From positions 2,232,001-2,296,000 of the forward strand of contig OZ037833.1 in assembly GCA_964035575.1 (NCBI GenBank): a DNA stretch of 64,000 bases, in the 5' to 3' direction. The position numbers and the translations under genes were made by a program. This document shows positions 25,601 through 36,839 of the stretch, piece after piece. The stretch is from Rhynchopus sp. YZ270_cl-10. Its lineage: Eukaryota. Positions within the stretch are counted from its first letter, which is position 1, and every line of letters begins with the position of its first letter. The notes under the pieces were generated by a model. The model was not told the DNA's origin and searched no databases. It saw only the letters and a list, made by a program, of their open reading frames with translations.

Positions 25601-28600
25601 GCTCTGCCGGGGTCAGGCACGCAAGCGACGGGTGCCTGTCGCATGCCTCGTGGAACACCGACACCAGGCCCGCCGTGTCCGCAGACCACTGCCCCACCAG
25701 CGTGCGCAGCATCTGGTTCACCACACCACCCTCGTTGTGACGGAAGCTGATCTTGCGCGACCGGAACTCAATGTGTCCCTCCCCAAAGAGCACACACGTC
25801 GTGTTGAAGGCACGCAGCACCTCACGCGCCTGCACACGGAACGTGTCCAGCGCCTCATCCAGGTTCCACTGCAGCGTTGCACGGTACACAATGTCCTGGT
25901 ACTCAGGTCCAGACTTCGTCACACCGCCAAACTCGCACGTCAGCGACGGCACCCCTGTCGGCGGGAGCTCAATCACCACAAGCGAGGGCTCCTGGTTCAC
26001 GTTCATCGCCTCGGGCTCCACGTCATCGTTCTCAGCAGGGGGAAGCCCTGCTGCCGCCCTGCAGTGCGAAATCAGCCTGTCCGTCGCTCCGTTCTGCTCC
26101 TTGATCATCTTCTCAAGACCGTCAACCTGCTCTGCAGTGTTGATGCGCTCCAGGTTCGCCTGGATCTGGCGCACGTTCACATCGTTTGCAAAGTTCCGGC
26201 TCAGCAGGTCCCAGAACCCGTCTGGGCTTTGCGCCCCTGTTGTGGTTCTGTTGTTGATCGGGGCACGCAGTGACGCAGCACTTGCCACATCCGCAATCGT
26301 CACCTTCGCCTTCAGACCCTGGTCCTCCCACTCCTGCTGCAGCTCCCGCGTCCGCTCCGCAAAGTTGTCCATGTGCAGCTTCGACGCAGACACAAACGGG
26401 TTGATGAACGTCACGCAGTTCAGGAAGGTCTGGAACGACGCGTGCTGCAGGTCGCGTGCGTTCGTCAGCACGTTCGCAAGACCTTCGTCCTGGGCGTGCG
26501 GGTGGTCTCTGGTGAACTCAACAATCTTCTCGCACTTCAGCATCGTGGCAATCACCTCCAGCACCTCGTGCTTGCAGCCCCCAGACACCTCACGGATCTC
26601 GTTGCACTTCCCCAGCGCGTCGGACAGGGGGGTGTTGTTCAGGTCGCTCTCCAGCAGCAGCTCGCGCTCCCGCTTGTTGAAGAAGTCCGGCTGCAGGCGC
26701 AGGTCCTTCGGGCACTCATCACTAGCCAGCGTGCGGAACGACTTCAGGCCGTCAATCATGAACCGCAGGGGGAGTGCCCCGTCCACCAAGGCATCCGCCA
26801 CCTCGCGCGACACACCGAGCTTCGTCAGCAGGTCCACCTCCTGCTTCTTCCGCTCCCCCTGCAGGCGTCCCTCCTTCGGGTCCATGAAGGCCGTTGCCTC
26901 CCCCACAGTCGTGCGCAGGGTGAACTTGCGCAGGTTCTTCTTCAGCTGCTCAAAGATGCGCGGCATGTCCCCCAGCGTCACAACCTTCCCCTTCTCCGAC
27001 GAGTGCCGGAAGTGTGCACGCAGCAGCGGCGACAGCACCGCATCCTGGATCTCCCACGCAGGCCCCAGCGTCCGCTTCCCCTCCTCGACAGTCGACTCCA
27101 GGTCGCACAGGTCCACAAGGTCGCTCTCACGGATCTTCTGCTCCATGTCCTGCATCCGGCGCGAGTCCTCACGCACACCCCACTGCTCCATCAGCTCACG
27201 GCACAGGTGCTGCGTTGTTTCCAGGTCCTTCTTCGGGTTCCGGAAGCTCTCCTCCTTCAGGTCGGCCGGGGTCTTCAGGTTGTTGTCGTTGTAGATCGCA
27301 CGGTAGTTCCGCATCATCATGAAGGAACGCGCAGAGATCTTTCTGTTGTTCAGGTTGCTCTGCAGCAGGTTGTTCTCACGCGACACACTGTCGATGAACG
27401 TCCCAAGGGTCGCGTAGTTCCCCTTCAGCTGCTTCAACTTCACCAGCGACACTGGCACGCTGTTCCAGCGCACAGGACGCTGTGTGCTGTACGCCTTGAG
27501 CAGAATCTTCGCAGCGTGCATGCGCAGGTCACGCAGGTCCGCCAGACTCTTCCCGGGCTGCACAGCCAGCACCCAGTTGTCCAGGGTCGGCAGCAGCTTC
27601 TCTGTCGATGTCTTCTTCACAATCTGCTTGCAGCACGCCTCCCACAAACGCAGGATCGGTCCGTAGAACGGGTCGTCCTGCCCCACCTGCAGGCTTGGGA
27701 AGATTGTGCGGATTGTTGTGCATGCGTCCGCCTCCTTGTGCAGCGACTCGCACGCCCACGCAGAGATGCGCTCCGCCAGCTGTGGGAAGGTCCCCTTGTT
27801 CGACTGCTCACCCCACTCGCACACCGGGCGTTCGGCAGGCGGCGCCGTCAGCTCAAACCTGCACTGCGTCCAGCGGTGTGTCGTGTCCTTCATGTAGCGT
27901 CCTGTGTAGCCGCTTCCCGTCCGCCGCAGCTCGACAGTGTACAGCTGTTCGCGGGAGTGCTCCTCCTCCACACCCTGGGTTGTCTCCACGTACACACTGT
28001 CCTGCACCAGGACAAAACGCAGCCCGTCGTCCTCGTACTTGATTTCACGCAGTGTGCAGCTGTGCAGGTGCGGCGAGTTCAGGCGCACGTGGTGTCCGCT
28101 GATCGTGAACGCGTCGGGGTGCGTCTTCCCATGCAGACCGTTCACCCACGTCCAGGTCCCGTCAAAGTCGTGGCACGACACCTTGTTCAGCGACTGCAGC
28201 ACCGACAGCGGGTCCCGCCCCTTGTTCGTCTCGCCCTTGGCCACCGCCTCCAGCGCCCCCGCCACAGCCACAGGGTACCGGTTCAGCAGGTGGCCTGCCT
28301 CCATCGCCAGACCAATCACCGCAATCAGGTTGATACAGGGCGCGTGCTCTGCCTGCGACACAAGCCAGCCAGTCTCCCCAAAGATCTTCGACTTCGGCTC
28401 CATCGACTCCAACACGTGCAGCAGTGTCGCAGGGTGGCAGCGGCGCACCCCCACACGCGCGATGTACGTCTGCAGCTGCTCCTGCAGCCCCTCCAGATCC
28501 TTGTAGGCCTTCTGCAGGTGCTCCTTCAGGCGCTCGGCCGAGTCCGTCGGGTTCTGCAGCACCTCGCGCAGTGCACGTGCAGCAAACACAACAACACGCT

Positions 28601-30032
28601 CCTCCGACACCTCGTCCTTTGCCAGCAGGTAGTTCGGCGGCCCGTACAGCTCGTATGCCACCGGCCCGCCACGCGCCTCCTTCACGTACACACTCATGCG
28701 TGCAGTGCGCTCACGGTGCATGAACCCACGTGACTTCATCAGGAAGAGCAGCACCTTCCCCTGGAACTCACAGTAGTAATCTGCAACCACAGCCTGTGCA
28801 TACGTGCGCTGTTGCGGCACCTGCTGCACGGTTGCCACGATCGGCTTGGTGTGCCCAGGAAGCATCAACTCCAGGTGGTACGATGCCGACCGCATCGGAC
28901 CACGGCCTCCCATCCCGCCACCCATGCCCATCGGAAACCCGTCGTCGAACATGTCGTCGTCGTCGCCTCCCATCAGGTTGCCCAGCATCGCCATCGGTCC
29001 GCCACGACCCCCTCTTCCACCACCAGGGCCGCCGCCTCCTAGAGCACGTGTCGCACTGGGGTCGGGCTTGAACTTGAAGATCGTGCAGTCCTCACCCTCC
29101 CTCAACTTCCCCTTGGACTCCCACCGTCCCACAATGTCGTCGCCACCCTCCATGTCATGTTCAAAGCGGAGGCGGTGACGGCCACCCTCACGCCGCCCGG
29201 ACTGGTTCTTCGACAGCTCAACCAGGTCGTCCCGCTTCAGCAGGGACCAGACGTCCTTCGCCGACACACCCTCAGCTGCGTGTCGCAGGAAGAAGTCGCG
29301 TTCGTCCTTCTCCAGGATGCTCAGCAGCGGGTGCTCCTTGTTTGCCTGTCCAAGCACAAGCTCTGCCACACGCTTCTTGTCCGCAGGTGCCGTCAGGGCC
29401 TCGCGCAGGATGCGTGGCCACAGCGGCCCAGGCTTGTCGTGGCCCTTCATGTAGAAACGCATCTCCTGCATGTATCTGTAGGCAGCCGTCCCCTCCTTCC
29501 CGTACGGAAGGTGCGACCCAAACTTGTTCACAGACTCGGCAACGTAGGAGCACACCGTGTTCCACCTGGGGTTTGCTGTCTCGCTGTGGTCCATGCGGTA
29601 CCCTTCCAACTCCCTGAAGTCAGGGCGCTTCGAGCTGTCTGCATGGCGCAGCGACGTGTCCACCACCTGCTTCACAAGTGATTGCACATGGTCCCCCGCA
29701 AGGTCGTATGCAGCCTTCCCCTCAGACTGCTGCGGCACCTTTGCGTGCGACTTGTACACCTCCAGCAGTGCAACCAGGGTCGCCATGTTCACAAGCAGCC
29801 CTGCAGACAGCCGGTCAGCGCCGTACTGCTTCGCGTGGTCGCGGATGATCTTCGCCGCCCTCTCCAGCGTGCGCACATCCTCCAGGTACAGACCATAGTC
29901 TGCGTACGTGGTGATCAGGAAAATCATGTTGTCACGCAGGCCTTCGTTCGACGCATCGGCACGCGAACACACATTCTTCGTTACCTCTGTCCATTGGGCT
30001 AGGAAATCAGCGTCGCTAACAGGAAGCGCCAT
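10643..30032 (-). CDS. Giant RNF213/mysterin-like dynein-type multi-AAA+ ATPase (~6,265 aa) with tandem SPRY domains, C-terminal PDZ and coiled coil. Exons 30032-13074, 12956-12801, 12686-12606, 12408-11071, 10906-10643
   Basis: The 5768-aa ORF joins downstream ORFs in frame through four phase-0 GT-AG introns. Walker A-like AQEAGMGKT, GPSGTGKS, GAPGTSKT; Walker B IMIDE, LFVDEAGL. RNF213-type segments ENLFVQMVCFHIRLAVILEG, NATLDPAIGNR, YGLRDLFHL, METGKTVWL...LFDVFNQNY, VHRNFQCIV, PFLNRLEKF (compared with RNF213 from memory). Confidence 0.85.
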
Positions 30033-30235
30033 CTTTACAACTTCGTGGCGTACGCTGGCTTGCACAGGGGTCTCGGAGAATATAAACTAAAAAAGCAGGC
30101 TCAGGAAGAGGATCAGAGTGGGAACGCCCACTTCGACCGTGTGTCTTGTCTGGCAGGTGTGAGTGTTGTGGGTTTGGGGGGTGTGCGTCGAATGGGGTGG
30201 GATGGGGGGACATGGATAGGGCACAGGGAGAGAAA
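22031..30235 (+). repeat. Direct segmental/tandem duplication, copy 2 (partner 1-8205)
   Basis: Same sequence as 1-8205. Confidence 0.95.
30087..30112 (-). promoter_or_regulatory. Putative (trans-)splice acceptor: pyrimidine tract ending TTTTTTAG ~54 nt upstream of the ATG (duplicate at ~8057-8082)
   Basis: Minus strand reads CTCTTCCTGAGCCTGCTTTTTTAG; only ~260 bp separate it from the stop codon of the upstream gene. Confidence 0.45.
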
Positions 30236-30351
30236 TGGTGGGGGTCTCAAAAGGGAGATCAGCAAGAAGACACCACAGCTGTCCTACTCACCATACAACT
30301 CTCAGGCAACCACCTGAACACCCCAACCCAACAACCACCCTTCTCCCCAAA

Positions 30352-31116
30352 CTACTGGTAACCACCCTGTGGTCTGTTCGAGCTTTTCTTCCTCCAGGAG
30401 TTGAAGGTCATTTCATAGATGAACCAGACTGCCAAGGTGCCCAGCACCATGGACAATACTGCTGAGACCAACTGTAGCTTTGGCGACTGCATCGCAGACT
30501 CTTCGCGAAGCTCTTGCCGATACTGCGCACGTTTGAGGCGCATCCCTTTTTGATACGATGTCTCTGTCCTTTGCTTGCCTCTTGAGGGGTAACGTTCACT
30601 ATAGGAATCCTGCTGGTGCTCCACACCACTCTCCACAGGACCGCCGGACTCCTCCGACAGACTCTCGAGGATATGAAAGCGATCTGTGAGCGCTGCCTGC
30701 ACAGCAGTGATTTCTTTGAATTTAGCAGCGTCGCCTCCTACGTCGGGGTGCGACGTTTTGACGAGCTCTCTGTACCGTGTCTTGACATCCTTGAGTGTGC
30801 AGGAGGTGTCTAGGTCGAATGCTGTGAAGGCCACCTCCTCTGTCTTGAGGCCCCACTTCTGCAGCCACTTCGCGCGCTCTGTGCTCTGCCAGCGGTGTTG
30901 CGGGGACGTAGCGAAGTGTGCGCTCTCTATAGGTTCGTCAGCCTGGTTCGTGTCCTCGCCGTAGTGCACGCGACGTCGGTGCATCTCCTCCGCAATGCGT
31001 TGGTTCTGCTGTGACACTTCCTCTCGATACTGTGAATACGGATCAGCACCTTCATTATGGCGTTGATGCATGTGACGCCTAAGAGCACCCACCGAAAACT
31101 GAATATTTCGCCTCAT
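30352..31116 (-). CDS. J-domain (DnaJ) protein with C-terminal transmembrane helix, possibly mitochondrial
   Basis: 254-aa ORF with LKDVKTRYRELVKTSHPDVGGDAAKFKEI (HPD motif), hydrophobic LVSAVLSMVLGTLAVWFIY and an Arg-rich N-terminus. Confidence 0.85.
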   Translation of the reverse strand: MRRNIQFSVGALRRHMHQRHNEGADPYSQYREEVSQQNQRIAEEMHRRRVHYGEDTNQADEPIESAHFATSPQHRWQSTERAKWLQKWGLKTEEVAFTAFDLDTSCTLKDVKTRYRELVKTSHPDVGGDAAKFKEITAVQAALTDRFHILESLSEESGGPVESGVEHQQDSYSERYPSRGKQRTETSYQKGMRLKRAQYRQELREESAMQSPKLQLVSAVLSMVLGTLAVWFIYEMTFNSWRKKSSNRPQGGYQ

Positions 31117-32097
31117 GTCTCCTCAAGATGTCTGGACAGTGAAAGGTACGCAGTCAAAAAAGGGCAAAAACTGAAATGAGGAAATGAGACGTGAGGAAAA
31201 GGTAGTGCTGGGGTCATGTCTTTTTCTCATGTGCTGGAACGTTGTCTTTGTTTGTGTTTTTTTTTTTGTTTTTGTTTTGCCTTTCTTCTCTTTTTTCTTT
31301 TTTTTTTTTTTTGTTGTACCGTTTTCCTTTTTTTTTCTTTTGAACATTTTTGACAGTTTTCGCTTTCTCAGGTTTTCCAATCTCAGCAGCAGAGTCATAA
31401 GATCCGCGTGGGTATCGCCGAGAAATGGTAGCCTCCTTCAGAGATGTAAAAATAAGTTAACTTGAAATACAAAGCCCTCTCGTGACAGTGTATCTAAATA
31501 ATCCTGATTTTTTTACGTTTAATTTTTTACACTCTTTTAAAAAAAAGTGTAAAATTGAAAAAAAAAAATAACATGTACCTCTCTCGTGCACTCAAAAAAT
31601 TGATAAAAAGGGTGCTCAAAATGGCGAGCACCTTCCTTGAACGGACACTACCGAACCGACAAAGTGATCCTTATGAACCCATAAAGGTGGATGATCTCTG
31701 TAGCCGAAAGACTGACACCGAGAGGGTACAGTCACAGACATGGTCACCTCCTGGAGCAGAGAGAACTGTCAATTGCTACACAGGTGCGTGCTGAGAAAAC
31801 TGAGCATCAGTTTGAGGGGATAAGGGTAATAGGGGGTACGATCACCGGGGGGAAGAGGGGGGAACTGTTGCAAACAAATTTGCATTGACTATTTTATAAA
31901 AAAAACCCCCTACCTGACTCCCCCGAGACAACGATGCAATCCTTTTTAAAAAAAAAAGGGTGCTGTTTTTGCTTTTGTGCATTTTTTATTACTCTAATTC
32001 CATTTTAAACTCCATCGTGAGAATCGGTGAAAAGATGATCCAAAGAGACCGGATGAACATCTACTACCGTATATTTTTTCCCCATTATTTTCCTTTA

Positions 32098-33927
32098 TCA
32101 GAACCTTTTGCCACCCTTTCCACCTTTGGACGAGCTGCGCTTGCCTCCCTTGTCTCCCTTGCCCTTACCGCCTCCCTTACCTTTGCCTCCCTTGGGGGGG
32201 CCACGGCTTCCGGAGCGACCTCTGGACGCTGAGCGGGATCTGTTCCTGATCGGGCCGCTTCTCATTCCTGCACTGGCCATTCTGCGTGCCCAATCCGGAA
32301 CCTGGCAGTGTCGCGTGTGGGGTGGGAAAGTGTAGAGGGTGGGAACATACCTTACGCTGCGAGTCGTCAAGAACTCTGACAATTCCAGTCAGAGCCGGAG
32401 TAGGTTTCTTGAGGAACAGATGGAAGGTACCTGCCTTGCCGCAACGTGCAGTGCGTCCAGCTCTGTTGTTGGCGATGTTTTTGTGTGGGAGGATGAGGTT
32501 CAAAAAAAAAGAAGGAAAAAGAAGGAAAAAAAAGGGGGTGTCAGAAAGACATACCTGTGCAAGAAGTCATCTTCGTTGTTGGGTGCGCCAACACTGATAA
32601 CATCCGTCACACCCTGCACATCAATGCCACGCTGTGCCACATCCGTTGCGATCAGGATGTGCACCTTGTTGTCTCTGTATTTTTCGAGCGCTCTTTCGCG
32701 GGAGCACTGTGTCATGTCTCCGTGCAGGCAGACGGCGTCGTTTTTGAACTCACGCGACCATTCGGAGGCTTCGGCCTTTGTGGGGACGAAGATGAGGACT
32801 TTGTCACGTTTGTCGATGCTTCTGACGAGGGAGGAGACTTCGTCCTGGATGTACTGGTTTCTGTCGATTTCAATGAGCTTGACCTCAAGGTTGTCTGGGA
32901 GCGTCCTGTCGAGGCCCTGCTTCACAACGACGTAGCCGTCCTTCAGGTAGCCTTCTGCGTAGGGGATCTCGCCCTCATCGAAGGTGGCGGAGTACATCAT
33001 TGTCTGGCGATCGCGCGGCATGCCCGACTCCTTCACAATAGCGTCCATCTCCTTGTCAAAGCCCATCTCCAGCAGCCTGTCCGCCTCGTCCATCACAAGG
33101 AACTGCACACTCTGCAGACCAATGATATCCTGACTAATCAGGTCATTCAAACGCCCAGGGCACCCCACCACAATGTCCACCCCCACAGAGAGACCACGCG
33201 ATTTGCACTGGTTTTCCAGCTCCCCAAACTGTGCGTTCCTCCTCACTCCTCCATAAGCACCACAGGTACGCAGTCCCGCCTCGTCAAAGACAATCCACGC
33301 GTGCTCGATGATCTGCAGTGCAAGCTCACGTGTCGGTGTGATCACAATCGCAGAGGGCTTCATCCACACAGACGCACCCCCGGACTTGGTCGACCGCATC
33401 AAAGACGCGCCCATGACAAGCAGGAAGCACAGTGTCTTGCCACTCCCGGTCTGCGCGACGGTGAGAATATCATCCCCCCTGAGGCCGACAGGGATGGACA
33501 GGGACTGGATGGGTGTGGGGTCTTGGTATCCGGTTTTGGACAGCCCGTCTGCAAGGCTCTGGGGAAGGTCGAGGTCGGTGAAGTGATCTATGCGGTGCTT
33601 GGTGAGCTCCTTCGGTGTGACGGAGAGGTGTGGGTTGCTGGGGGGCACGTAGTGGTTGGAGGAGAGACGTTTGCGCACGTCGTCCACACTCACGTGGTGC
33701 ACGTAGTTCGGGTTCTCGTCATCCGTGATCGGAGTGTACTTCTTCTCAAAGCGATCAACCGAATGGTCACCCTTCCCCCCCTTTCCTCCCTTCACTCCCT
33801 TACCTCCCTTGTTGTCTTTCCCCTTCCCCTTCCCCTTCCCCTTTCCATCTCTTGAAGGAGGAGGACCACGCGAACCTCCTCTAAACTGCTCACCATCCCT
33901 CGTCTCTTCCCTACCACGGAATCCCAT
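32098..33927 (-). CDS. DEAD-box RNA helicase (Ded1/DDX3/Dbp2-like, ~562 aa) with GK/RG-rich tails. Exons 33927-32555, 32462-32351, 32301-32098
   Basis: Q motif GYQDPTPIQ, AQTGSGKT, PTRELA, PGRL, DEAD, SAT, LHGD, TDVAQRGID. Motif VI HRAGRTAR is restored across intron 1. Confidence 0.93.
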
Positions 33928-34100
33928 TTTTTTTATTTGGTTTTTGGTCCCTGAGTGCAATTTTTGGGGAATGAGATGGGAAGGGAGGAAGGGGGTTTAA
34001 AGATCAAACAGACAGATGAGAATTAATCAGACAAACCGGCGTGTTAGGAGTTTTGTGTAAATCAAAACGAGGGGGGGTTTTTTAGGGGGTTCAGAGCAAT

Positions 34101-35062
34101 TCACAGCAGCACGCACCACAGCGCTGCGGAGAGCGCGCCATAGACCGAGAGCATTGAGTAGGGTGCTGCTGCAGCCTCTTTGATGTTGTACTGCATGGGG
34201 TTGCACTTCCCGCGGAAGGGGCCAAACTGGTCGCTGTCCCAGTCTACCTCTCGGCCCCAGTCGCCATAGGAGGCGTCCGTTGGGCAGTGAAACTGTAACA
34301 ATACATTTAAAAACAGAAAATAAATTTGAAATGAAATTGAAAATCGCACATCATCTTTAAGAATTTACACAGGGTTGGATAATAATGTCATTTTTAAGGG
34401 GGACAACAAAATGTGTGGCTGAAGGGGGGTGATTCGCACTTCTTGCGCCCCCCTCCCATTCAGCCACACCAAAGGGGTAGTTTGTGTGGTAGTTTTCATA
34501 AAATAGACTATACCTCGAGCTCAACAGGGCATTTCCGGACAACTTCGTAGCAAACATCTTTGCAAACCTTTTGTACGTGACCGATGATCTGGCTGTCGGT
34601 GCTGTCACGGCATTTTCTTGGAAACATAACGGAACAGACCCAGGACCGGTATGCGTATTGGCAAGGGGTGCAGTTCATGAAGGGGTAGAAATCGTCGCAG
34701 TTGTAGCGGGAGAGGAGGCGCTCTGCGGCGGCTTGGTACTTTTGTGCTTTGTCGTCGAGGTACTCTACGGTTACGTTGCGGGGTATGAGGGTGGTGTAGT
34801 TGCTGTGGCAGCAGAATAGGCCGTCATACTGCGGCTCGCTCAGGTCCACCTCCTGGTAATCATCCAGATAGTCTATAGGCCGCCCCACATACTCTGTCGA
34901 GGCCTGTACACTGTTCTCTTCACACCAAGGCGTCTCAACCCACTCACTGCTATTGAAATGTCGTCCCGCCTCTGGTGCAGAGCAATACTCACCATACCCT
35001 GCCCGCGCACCAAACACACTATCAACAAATAGACACACACCTACCACCCAAACGCTGTGCAT
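34101..35062 (-). CDS. Mid1/NALF(FAM155)-like Cys-rich calcium-channel auxiliary subunit (~246 aa). Exons 35062-34514, 34292-34101
   Basis: Signal peptide; CTPCQYAYRSWVCSVMFPRKC...VCKDVCYEVVRKCPVELE|FHCP pattern; hydrophobic GPI-like C-terminus; phase-0 GT-AG intron. Confidence 0.75.
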
Positions 35063-35432
35063 TTTTTAGTTATCGGAATAATGTGTGTAACATTACTGAG
35101 AAGGGGGAGAGAGGGTGTAGTTTGTTGGGTAAATTTTAGCTAGAATTTTGAGAGGTAAAAAAAAATACATAGGATTTTCAAACCTCAGGAGAAGTTTTTT
35201 TTTCTTGAATCACTGTAAATAATGAAAACCATTTGGCAGTGGGAGTAAAATAAGAAAAAAAATTGACCTTTTTTATTTCTTTCGAATTTTCTCACAACGA
35301 GAAAGGGGGGAGGGTTTTGTTTGGAGAATGGAGAATGGAGAATGGGGTATTTTAGGGGGGCAACTTTTTTTGCAGCCAAAAATAAAAATAATTTGCCTGG
35401 TACAGTACAAAGTTTCAGGTTTTTTTTTTTTG

Positions 35433-36839
35433 GGGGTGTTCCGGGGTATGGAATTTTGGGAATTTTCATTTCAATTCACAACTCTTCACAACTTTTCACA
35501 ACTCTTCACAAAAAAGTGCGTGTGAAGAGTTGTGAAGAGTTGTGAACAGTTGTGAACAGTTGTGAACAGTTGTGAACAGTTGTGAACAGTTGTGAACAGT
35601 TGTGAACAGTTGTGAACAGTTGTGACGTGGCGAGGTCTGGGTGGTGCCTGGGCACCCACCTACCCAGGTAGGTACAGGGCACCTTGGCGGACGTTGTTTG
35701 GCAACACAGGCGGTTCTGTGTGCAAAAAGTGCTTAAAACGGTGTGGCTGACCCGACAATTTGGGCCCTTTCGGGCCACGTGTTTTTAGGTGTTTTTTTCA
35801 ACTTTTTAATCGGTTTGCATTTTTGGGATCCGCCCGTGCAGTGGTGGGGTCAATGTTGAAAATTGGACAATTTTATGACCACTTAATTTTTTGGAAAATA
35901 TGAGCCCGGTCATTAATAGGCGGGGCCATTTTCGGATAAAATTGTCCCCAAAATCCGGTTTGGCTTCAACACTAAACGAGGAGCACTCGTCAAGCTCTCG
36001 AAACTATGAGGAGGGCCCTGGAGGCTCTCGACCCAAGGGAGTTGATAGGTCTTGTGGGTGGGCCTTGGGAGCGTTGAAACCTTCTTTCCCCTCTGACAAA
36101 AAACTGGGGACAGCAGCAAGGGATCACCCACTTTTCGAAGTGGGTGTCGTCGTATCTAGTATGGTCTCCCGTATAGACCCCAGCTCAGAGCAAGCAAAAC
36201 AGGTCACCCCCTGGCAAAAATAGCACCAAAACTTTTCTGGCGAAGCCAAGGTGCGCAACATTTCGGGTAGACCTGCGGGCTACCACTCGGAATTTTTAGC
36301 TGCGCCGCAGGCGCACGGTACGCTACTTTTTTATGAGTTGCGAACATGTTGAAAAAAAAAGACAACAAGCGAACTAGCCGCGGACTTCCGTCGTCCTCCT
36401 CGCACAGGGGGTGGGGTGGTACGGCCAACTTGACCCACGGACCCACGCTAGCTAGCCCTGTGCACAGCACACTTGACCTGACCAGTCCTGCAAAAAACCC
36501 TGGAAAAAAAGCCCCCCTTTTTTTTAATCCAATTCACAACTCTTCACAACTGTTCACAACTCTTCACAACATCTGTGTTTTTTTCATCCAAATTTTCATT
36601 TCAATTCACAACTCTTCACAACTTTTCACAACTCTTCACAACTCTTCACATAAAAATGGCAAATACTATGTTGTGAAAACTTGTGAAAACTTGTGAAAAC
36701 TTGTGAAAACTTGTGAAAACTTGTGAAAACTTGTGAAAACTTGTGAAAACTTGTGAAAACTTGTGAAAACTTGTGAAAACTTGTGAAAACTTGTGAAAAC
36801 TTGTGAACGTGCCCAAAATTCCACACCCCGGAACACCCC
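35433..36839. mobile_element. Non-autonomous TIR element (~1.4 kb) with subterminal decamer arrays
   Basis: 28-bp TIR GGGGTGTTCCGGGGT(A/G)TGGAATTTTGGG (35433-35460 / 36812-36839). Arrays of TTGTGAACAG (~35521-35625) and TTGTGAAAAC (~36671-36807). No transposase ORF. Confidence 0.75.

Noticed and set aside
13075..30000. Long plus-strand ORFs (up to 1267 aa) overlapping the giant gene, and their duplicates in 1-8000
   Set aside because: Antisense shadows of a GC3-biased coding sequence, with His/Leu/Arg- or Ser-rich composition and no motifs
30033..30065. Non-ATG start of the 5768-aa ORF given in the track
   Set aside because: Eukaryotic context; the first ATG after the putative acceptor (30032) is preferred
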